A model generated the notes under the pieces. It was not told where the DNA came from. It ran no database searches and saw nothing but the letters and a program-made list of their open reading frames with translations. A stretch of 24,000 bases of DNA, from NCBI RefSeq assembly GCF_050509515.1, contig NZ_JBNWKA010000003.1, positions 3,742,025-3,766,024 on the forward strand, in the 5' to 3' direction. Positions within the stretch are counted from its first letter, which is position 1. The number at the start of each line of letters is the position of its first letter. The position numbers and the translations under genes were made by a program. Positions 1-6,111 of this stretch are shown here, piece after piece. The DNA is from Clostridium sp. B9 (lineage in GTDB: Bacteria; Bacillota; Clostridia; Clostridiales; Clostridiaceae).

Positions 1-33
1 TTCTTTATTCTTTAAAGCTTTAAACAAAATCAT
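1..33 (-). CDS. N-terminal 11 codons of an unidentified protein that continues past the left edge
   Basis: ATG at 33..31 (reverse complement of cat). AAGGGGGAA Shine-Dalgarno lies a few nt upstream at about 36..44. The frame stays open to position 1 (MILFKALKNKE). Too short to assign a family. Confidence 0.3.
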   Translation of the reverse strand, partial: MILFKALKNKE

Positions 34-58
34 TTCCCCCTTATTTCAAAATATACAT

Positions 59-106
59 AAAAAAATAGAAGCAAATGGGTAGTGCTCAGCCGCCCATCTG
101 CTTCTA
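59..106 (-). terminator. Intrinsic terminator-like hairpin upstream of the gene starting at 33
   Basis: 14-bp arms at 66..79 (tagaagcaaatggg) and 93..106 (cccatctgcttcta) with one mismatch and a 13-nt GC-rich loop. On the minus strand a run of 7 T follows (plus-strand A-run 59..65). Confidence 0.55.
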
Positions 107-314
107 AAATCTTATTAATTGTCTAATAAATAATTAATAAAGTCAATATTTTAAGATTAATCTTTACACTAACTTAAAATATACATAAAAAAACTTTTAC
201 TACTTATTAATTTTTTAGTTGAATTTATCCTCATTTTTATTGTACAATATACATCTCACTGTAATTTTCAGTGAAAGTACACCAAAATTACTAACAATAA
301 TACGTTCAAAAAAA

Positions 315-405
315 TTATCCACAGAATATTTTTTTGAAAATTATCCACAGTTGTTAAAATAAAAAATAATCCACAGGCCTTTATGTTTTGTTCACCTGTG
401 GATTA
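315..405. promoter_or_regulatory. Cluster of four DnaA-box sequences
   Basis: TTATCCACA at 315..323 and 341..349 (perfect consensus). TAATCCACA at 367..375. Inverted TGTGGATTA at 397..405. The first three sit in direct repeats AAAAT[T/A]ATCCACAG starting at 311, 337 and 363, an exact 26-bp period. Confidence 0.6.
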
Positions 406-406
406 T
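361..406 (-). terminator. Intrinsic terminator of the icd operon
   Basis: Arms ataatccacagg (366..377) and cctgtggattat (395..406) with a 17-nt loop. On the minus strand a T-run follows (plus-strand A-run 361..366). It lies directly after the icd stop at 414. Confidence 0.7.
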
Positions 407-413
407 TTTTGTT

Positions 414-1409
414 TTATATGATATTTCTTATAATTTCATCCCCAAATTCTTTAGTCGAAGAGGTTCCACCTAAATCTTGAGTTAAAATTTCTCCATTTTC
501 AAAAATTTTTACTAAAGCTGATTCTATTTTATCTGCACTTTCATATTTTCCAAGATGTCTAAGCATCATTATTGCAGATTGAATTAGAGCGGTAGGATTA
601 GCAATATTTTTTCCTGCTATCTGAGGAGCACTTCCATGAACAGCTTCAAAAACTGCATATTTTTCACCAATATTTGCTCCTGGAACTAGACCTAACCCTC
701 CAATAAGTCCTGCACATAAATCTGATAAAATATCTCCATAAAGATTTGGCATAACTAAAACATCATATTTTTCTGGATTAATAACTAAGTTCATAGCCGC
801 TGCATCAACTATTAAATCATCATAATTAACTCCACATTTCTCACACTCTTCTCTAAATATTTTTAGGAAAAGTCCATCTGTTAACTTCATTATATTTGCT
901 TTATGAACACCAGTTACCTTATTTCTCTTATTGTTTTTTGCATAATCACAAGCATAATTAACTATTCTTTCGCAAGCACTTTTAGTTATAATCTTTATAC
1001 TTTCAGCTCCATATTCTCCAAGCTTATGCTCTATACCAGCATATAAATCCTCAGTATTTTCTCTTACTATAACCAAATCAACATTTTCATATCTAGATTT
1101 TATTCCTTTAAAACTTTTAACAGGCCTAACATTTGCATATAAATTTAGCTCCTGTCTTAAAGTTACATTTACACTTTTAAATCCATATCCAATAGGAGTT
1201 GTTATTGGGCCTTTTATAGCTACCTTATTTCTTTTTATTGATTCTATAACTTCCTTAGGAAGAACTTCTCCCGAAACTTCTATTTGTCCTTCACCAGCTT
1301 GAACTTCTTCCCACTGAATATCAGCACCACTTGCTTCAACAACCTTTTTCATTACCTCAACTATCTCTGGTCCAATTCCATCTCCAGGTATTAAAGTTAC
1401 TCTACTCAT
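414..1409 (-). CDS. icd: NAD(P)-dependent isocitrate dehydrogenase (isocitrate/isopropylmalate dehydrogenase family, 331 aa)
   Basis: N-terminal VTLIPGDGIGPEI and the NLYGDILSD motif are typical of beta-decarboxylating dehydrogenases. GGAGGAG RBS in the 18-nt gap after aconitase. The isocitrate assignment rests on operon context with aconitase and a citrate-synthase-like gene. Confidence 0.85.
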   Translation of the reverse strand: MSRVTLIPGDGIGPEIVEVMKKVVEASGADIQWEEVQAGEGQIEVSGEVLPKEVIESIKRNKVAIKGPITTPIGYGFKSVNVTLRQELNLYANVRPVKSFKGIKSRYENVDLVIVRENTEDLYAGIEHKLGEYGAESIKIITKSACERIVNYACDYAKNNKRNKVTGVHKANIMKLTDGLFLKIFREECEKCGVNYDDLIVDAAAMNLVINPEKYDVLVMPNLYGDILSDLCAGLIGGLGLVPGANIGEKYAVFEAVHGSAPQIAGKNIANPTALIQSAIMMLRHLGKYESADKIESALVKIFENGEILTQDLGGTSSTKEFGDEIIRNII

Positions 1410-1427
1410 AAACTCTCCTCCTAAAAA

Positions 1428-3347
1428 TTATTTATTTCTCTTATGGTAATTTATTTTTCCACCAGCTCTTATCATTTCTTTTTCTTCATATGATAAGTTT
1501 ATTTCCACAGAAAAATAGTTATTTTTAGTTATATTCTTAATATTTAAAACTCCACAATCTAATCCCTCAAAAATATTTTCTATTTTAAGTTCATCTAGAG
1601 AACCTATATTTTCATAATCATCTTTATTTAAAAATTCCATAGGGATAATTCCACTATTTATTAAATTAGCTTTATGAATTCTAGCAAACGACTTTGCAAC
1701 AACACCTTTTATTCCTAGATATAATGGCGCTAAAGCAGCATGCTCTCTACTAGAACCCTGTCCATAATTTTCTCCTCCAATTATTAATCCCCCATTATTA
1801 TCCTTAGCTCTATTTGGAAAATCTTCATCTACAGTATTAAAACAATAGTTAGCTAAGTATGGAATATTACTTCTAAAAGGAAGTAGTTTTGAATTTGAAG
1901 GCATTATATGATCAGTTGTAATATTATCCCCAACCTTTAACAATACTTTTCCACAATACTCTTCTTTTAGCTCAATATTTAGTGGAAAACTTTTTATATT
2001 TGGTCCCTTAATAATTTCTTCCTCTTTTGAACAGTTTGGTGAAATTATCATACTGTCATCTATTATAAAATCATAATCTTCTTTTAAGTCTAAATCTACT
2101 TCTAATTCTCTAGGATCAGTTAAAACTCCTTTTAAAGCTGAAACTGCTGCTACTTCTGGACTGACTAAGTAAACATTAGCTGATAAGGTTCCACTTCTTC
2201 CATAGAAATTTCTATTGAATGTTCTTAATGAAACTTCATCAGTGCCTGGTGATTGTCCCATTCCAATACAAGGACCACATGAATTTTCTAAAATTCTTGC
2301 TCCTGAGCTTATGATATCTCCTAAAGCCCCATTTCTAGAAAGCATCTCCATAACTTGTCTTGAACCTGGAGCAATAACTAAACTTACATCCTTATGAACC
2401 TTTTTTCCCTTTAGAATTTTGGCTACTTTCATTAAATCCTCATAAGAAGAGTTCGTACAGCTTCCTATAGCAACCTGATCTACCTTTATATTTTCTAATT
2501 CTTTTATCTTTTTAACATTATCAGGACTATGAGGCATTGCAACCACTGGCTCTAACTCATTTAAATCTATTGTTATCTCCTCATCATAAATAGCATCCTC
2601 ATCTGGTCCTAGCTCTAAATAATCCACTTCTCTTCCTTGCTTTCTTAAGAACTCAAGAGTATTTTCATCACTAGGAAATATAGATGTTGTAGCTCCAAGC
2701 TCTGCTCCCATATTTGTTATAGTAGCTCTTTGTGGAACTGAAAGACTTTTTATTCCTTCTCCACTATATTCATAAACTTTACCTACGCCACCTTTTACAG
2801 TTTCTCTCCTCAGCACTTCTAAAATAATGTCTTTAGCTGAAACCATATTTTTAAGTTCTCCAACTAAATTAACCTTACAAACCTTTGGAACCACTATCTT
2901 ATAAGGACTTCCTGCCATAGCTAGAGCAACATCAAGCCCACCTGCTCCAATAGCTATCATTCCACATCCACCTGCTGTTGGAGTATGACTATCTGAACCT
3001 ATTAAAGTGTCCCCAGGACAAGAAAATCTCTCTAAAAATACCTGATGACAAATTCCATTACCAGGCTTTGAAAAATGTACTCCATATCTATTAGCAACAG
3101 TCTTTATATATTTATGGTCATCAGCATTTTCAAATCCTTGTTGAAGCATGTTATGATCTACAAAAGCAACACTTCGCTTTGTTTTTACTTTCTCTATATT
3201 TAAAGCTTCAAGTTGTAAATATGCCATAGTTCCAGTAGAATCTTGTGTTAATGTCTGATCTATTTTTATTCCAATAAACTCGCCTTGTTTTAACTCTCCC
3301 TCAACAAGATGATTTCTTAATATCTTATAAACTAAATTTTCACCCAA
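1428..3347 (-). CDS. acn: Aconitate hydratase (639 aa)
   Basis: Aconitase-family motifs are present: the IGSCTNSS and NSCGPCIG Fe-S cysteine ligand regions and the swivel domain GENYGQGSSREHAA. The start is TTG at 3347..3345, preceded by GAGGGGGA and then cttaat. Confidence 0.9.
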   Translation of the reverse strand: MGENLVYKILRNHLVEGELKQGEFIGIKIDQTLTQDSTGTMAYLQLEALNIEKVKTKRSVAFVDHNMLQQGFENADDHKYIKTVANRYGVHFSKPGNGICHQVFLERFSCPGDTLIGSDSHTPTAGGCGMIAIGAGGLDVALAMAGSPYKIVVPKVCKVNLVGELKNMVSAKDIILEVLRRETVKGGVGKVYEYSGEGIKSLSVPQRATITNMGAELGATTSIFPSDENTLEFLRKQGREVDYLELGPDEDAIYDEEITIDLNELEPVVAMPHSPDNVKKIKELENIKVDQVAIGSCTNSSYEDLMKVAKILKGKKVHKDVSLVIAPGSRQVMEMLSRNGALGDIISSGARILENSCGPCIGMGQSPGTDEVSLRTFNRNFYGRSGTLSANVYLVSPEVAAVSALKGVLTDPRELEVDLDLKEDYDFIIDDSMIISPNCSKEEEIIKGPNIKSFPLNIELKEEYCGKVLLKVGDNITTDHIMPSNSKLLPFRSNIPYLANYCFNTVDEDFPNRAKDNNGGLIIGGENYGQGSSREHAALAPLYLGIKGVVAKSFARIHKANLINSGIIPMEFLNKDDYENIGSLDELKIENIFEGLDCGVLNIKNITKNNYFSVEINLSYEEKEMIRAGGKINYHKRNK

Positions 3348-3505
3348 ATTAAGTCCCCCTCTTTATTTATTGCTTACTAAAATTTTTCATTAATATCTAT
3401 TAAACATTGTAATTTCTAAAGCTTTTAAAAATTTTATTGTTAAATTAAAAAAGTAAATTTTTATTAATGCCCCACTTTTTTATTAATAAAATTCCTTTTT
3501 TTTAT

Positions 3506-4651
3506 TTATTTAATACAGTAATCCTTATAAAGCTGAACTATTTCCTTATCAAAAAGACTTCTTTTTAGCATTACAGAAAGCTCTCTAACCTTTTCTAAAA
3601 GACATGTAGCCTCTCCTTCTTTTAATGCTATTCCATACTCTCTAAACTTATTTACTAAAGCTGCCTTTCCCGAATGTTTTCCTATTACAATCTGCCTTTG
3701 TAAACCAACTTCACTAGGGTTAAAAGCTTCATATGTTTCTGGGTTCTTTAAAGCTCCATCAGCATGTATTCCTGATTCATGGCTAAACATATTATCTCCA
3801 ACAATAGCTTTCCATGCTGGCAATTGCCTTCCTGATGCCTTTGAAACATACTCAGATAAGTCCTTAAACATTTCAGTCTTAACTCCTATATCATATCCAT
3901 GAACATATTTAAGACCCATTAAAACCTCTTCTAAAGCTGCATTTCCAGCCCTCTCACCAAGTCCATTTACTGTAACACCAATATGATTAGCACCACCTAA
4001 AACTCCTGCTATAGCATTTGCTGTAGCCATTCCAAAGTCATTATGAGTGTGCATCTCTATATCCATCCAAGTATTCTTTTTAATCATTTCTATTTTTTCT
4101 CTTATTTTAAATGGATTCATAACTCCCACAGTATCACAATATCTAAACCTATCTGCCCCAGCATTTTTAGCTTCTAATATGAACTTGCATAAAAATTCAT
4201 CGTCAGCTCTTGAAGCATCTTCTCCATTTACTGATACATAAAGTCCATTCTGCTTTGCAAATTCAACAGACTTAACCATATTTTCTATAACCCATTCTCT
4301 AGAACTCTTAAGCTTATGCTTTATGTGTATATCTGATACTGAAATTGATATTGCAACAGCATCTACGCCACAATCTATAGACTCTGCAATATCATTTTTA
4401 TTAGCTCTATTCCAAGCCATTATGCTAATCTTAAGATTCTTCTTACAAATTTCTTTAATAGCTATTTTTTCATCCCCACCCATAGTAGGAATTCCAACTT
4501 CAAGTTGATCTACGCCCAAATCACTAAGCATTTTAGCAATAGTAACCTTCTCATGATTAGCAAAAACTACCCCAGCTGTTTGCTCTCCATCTCTTAAAGT
4601 AGTATCAACAATATAAATTTTTTCTCCAGTTTCTTTATTTATAACTGCCAA
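3506..4651 (-). CDS. Homocitrate/isopropylmalate synthase-family enzyme, probable Re-face citrate synthase (381 aa from the revised TTG start)
   Basis: HMGL-like/DRE-TIM signature DTTLRDGEQ, plus HTHNDFGMATAN and HESGIH. The ORF track starts at 4720, but that ATG has no RBS. TTG at 4651..4649 is preceded by AAGGGGAG and then cttaat, the same context as the aconitase start. Function is inferred from the conserved clostridial cluster with aconitase and IDH. Confidence 0.8.
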   Translation of the reverse strand: MAVINKETGEKIYIVDTTLRDGEQTAGVVFANHEKVTIAKMLSDLGVDQLEVGIPTMGGDEKIAIKEICKKNLKISIMAWNRANKNDIAESIDCGVDAVAISISVSDIHIKHKLKSSREWVIENMVKSVEFAKQNGLYVSVNGEDASRADDEFLCKFILEAKNAGADRFRYCDTVGVMNPFKIREKIEMIKKNTWMDIEMHTHNDFGMATANAIAGVLGGANHIGVTVNGLGERAGNAALEEVLMGLKYVHGYDIGVKTEMFKDLSEYVSKASGRQLPAWKAIVGDNMFSHESGIHADGALKNPETYEAFNPSEVGLQRQIVIGKHSGKAALVNKFREYGIALKEGEATCLLEKVRELSVMLKRSLFDKEIVQLYKDYCIK

Positions 4652-4746
4652 ATTAAGCTCCCCTTTCATTTTTAAGAAGTATATTATCATAGCAAATACC
4701 ATTTTTCTATATACTCTCATAATAAAAATATTTATATGTTTAAACT

Positions 4747-4780
4747 AAAAAAAGGATGACTATTTAAAGTCATCCTTTTT
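4747..4780 (-). terminator. Intrinsic terminator of add (bidirectional shape)
   Basis: Stem ggatgact (4754..4761) pairs with agtcatcc (4768..4775), flanked by an A-run and a T-run. On the minus strand 7 T follow. Confidence 0.75.
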
Positions 4781-4834
4781 AATATTATCTATTGAAATAT
4801 ATATTTCGACCAAAACAAATTATTTTTATTAAGA

Positions 4835-5827
4835 TTAAATCGCTAATTTAAGAGTTTCTTTAACTTCCTCTGTACAGAATGCAGCATCAACACTATTTAA
4901 ATATATTTTTTTATAATCTTCAAAGCTTATATGGAAAGCTTCATTTACATTACTAAACTCTTCAGTAAGTGTTATATTTGAAACTGTTCTGTTATCTGTG
5001 CTTAAATTAACTTTTATATCATCCTTATGATATTTGTAAATAGGGTGCTCAACATATTCTTTAACTCCCTTAGTATCTATATTACTCTTAGGACACATTT
5101 CTAATGTCACACCTTTATCCTTAACTAAGTTATAAGCTTCTTCATCATTGAAAATAAATAATCCATGACCTATTCTCTCAGCACCTAAAAGTTCTATAGC
5201 ATCTTTAACATTTTTTCCATATCCAGTTTCTCCAGCATGTATTGTTACTCTAAAACCAGCTTCTCTAGCTACTCTCATAACTTCCTCATATGGTTTGACA
5301 AAGTCTTTCAGTTCACAACCAGCTAAGTCTATAGCCACAACACCTTTACCTATAAACTTCTTACCAGCCTCTATAACTTCATAAACACTATCAACTGAAT
5401 GATGTCTTAAGCATGATAAAATTACATTTCCTTTTATATCATATATTTCCTCAGCCCTTCTAATTCCTTTTATTACACTTTCTATTACTTCTTCTTGAGT
5501 CATACCTTGCTCTAAATGAAATAGTGGTGCAAATCTTATTTCTATATATTTTACATTCTCCTTATTAGCATCTTCCATTAATTCAAAAGCTACTCTCTCT
5601 AAATTCTCTGACTTTTGTAGTATGCTAACAGGCAAGTCAAATCTTCTTAAATATTCATCTAATGAAGAGCAGTTCTCAGGAATAACCAGTAATTCTTTAA
5701 CCTTATCATAATCATAGCTTTCTAACTTTATTCCTTCTTTTTTAGCTAGTTCAATAGCAGTTTCCACTCTTAAAGAACCATCTAAATGGCAGTGTAATTC
5801 TATCTTTGGTAAGTTTAATAAATTCAT
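4835..5827 (-). CDS. add: Adenosine deaminase (330 aa)
   Basis: The N-terminus PKIELHCHLDGSLR and the later HAGE motif are hallmark adenosine deaminase metal and catalytic motifs. AGGGAGGAAG RBS lies upstream of the ATG at 5827. Confidence 0.93.
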   Translation of the reverse strand: MNLLNLPKIELHCHLDGSLRVETAIELAKKEGIKLESYDYDKVKELLVIPENCSSLDEYLRRFDLPVSILQKSENLERVAFELMEDANKENVKYIEIRFAPLFHLEQGMTQEEVIESVIKGIRRAEEIYDIKGNVILSCLRHHSVDSVYEVIEAGKKFIGKGVVAIDLAGCELKDFVKPYEEVMRVAREAGFRVTIHAGETGYGKNVKDAIELLGAERIGHGLFIFNDEEAYNLVKDKGVTLEMCPKSNIDTKGVKEYVEHPIYKYHKDDIKVNLSTDNRTVSNITLTEEFSNVNEAFHISFEDYKKIYLNSVDAAFCTEEVKETLKLAI

Positions 5828-5877
5828 TATACTTCCTCCCTAAAATGCATTGGTTTATATAAAGTCTAAAAATATTC

Positions 5878-5944
5878 AAAAAAAAAATTCTTGATTACGA
5901 AGAAAGCATAAAAATTAAATGATGCTTCCTTCGTAATCAAGAAT
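5878..5944 (-). terminator. Riboswitch expression-platform terminator (ligand-disrupted, ON-switch architecture)
   Basis: The minus-strand 5' arm AUUCUUGAUUACGAAGGAAGCAU is the 3' half of aptamer P3/P1. It pairs with AUGCUUUCUUCGUAAUCAAGAAU (5909..5887), followed by 10 U (5887..5878). Aptamer and terminator are therefore mutually exclusive. Confidence 0.85.
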
Positions 5945-5995
5945 TACTGGTTCTTGGTAGAAACCCCCAAACCATATTATTGGGGTTATACGAAG
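5929..5995 (-). ncRNA. Purine riboswitch aptamer, adenine-specific class
   Basis: The minus-strand RNA is CUUCGUAUAACCCCAAUAAUAUGGUUUGGGGGUUUCUACCAAGAACCAGUAAUUCUUGAUUACGAAG (67 nt). It has the P1 pair CUUCGUA/UACGAAG, the conserved UAUAA, AUAUGGUUUGGG and UUUCUACC junction and loop cores, and P3 AAGAAC.../...UUCUUG. The specificity position in GAUUAC is U, as in adenine-class members, rather than C as in guanine-class. Confidence 0.9.
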
Positions 5996-6052
5996 CCTTT
6001 TATTTTTGTTTTCTATTGTACCATATAAAAATTTTAAGTCAATAATCTTTTT

Positions 6053-6092
6053 TGTAAAAAAGAGACATATCAAATTATTGATATGTCTCTTA
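6053..6092 (-). terminator. Intrinsic terminator of nrdD
   Basis: 14-bp stem aagagacatatcaa / ttgatatgtctctt with a 4-nt loop. On the minus strand TTTTTTAC follows. It lies 20 nt after the nrdD stop. Confidence 0.8.
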
Positions 6093-6111
6093 TAAGTTTA
6101 ATTATATTCTA

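Noticed and set aside
169-234. A 21-codon minus-strand mini-ORF (MRINSTKKLISSKSFFMYILS) in the left intergenic region.
   Set aside because: No RBS is present, and a short open frame of this length is expected by chance here.
331-345. A CodY-box-like sequence (tttttttgaaaatta, about 12/15 to AATTTTCWGAAAATT), plus a partial match at 262..276.
   Set aside because: The consensus is AT-rich and partial matches are frequent in this base composition. There is no supporting palindromy or known target context.
120-410. Possible chromosomal origin (oriC), suggested by the DnaA boxes next to very AT-rich DNA.
   Set aside because: No dnaA, dnaN or rpmH neighbourhood is present. The flanking genes are metabolic. 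Only four boxes occur, and one pair doubles as a terminator stem. A non-origin DnaA-box cluster is the more conservative reading.
4652-4720. An N-terminal hydrophobic extension that would make the citrate-synthase-like protein membrane-targeted.
   Set aside because: The upstream ATG codons have no RBS, whereas TTG 4651 has a strong one. The homologous family is cytosolic and starts close to the DTTLRDGEQ motif.
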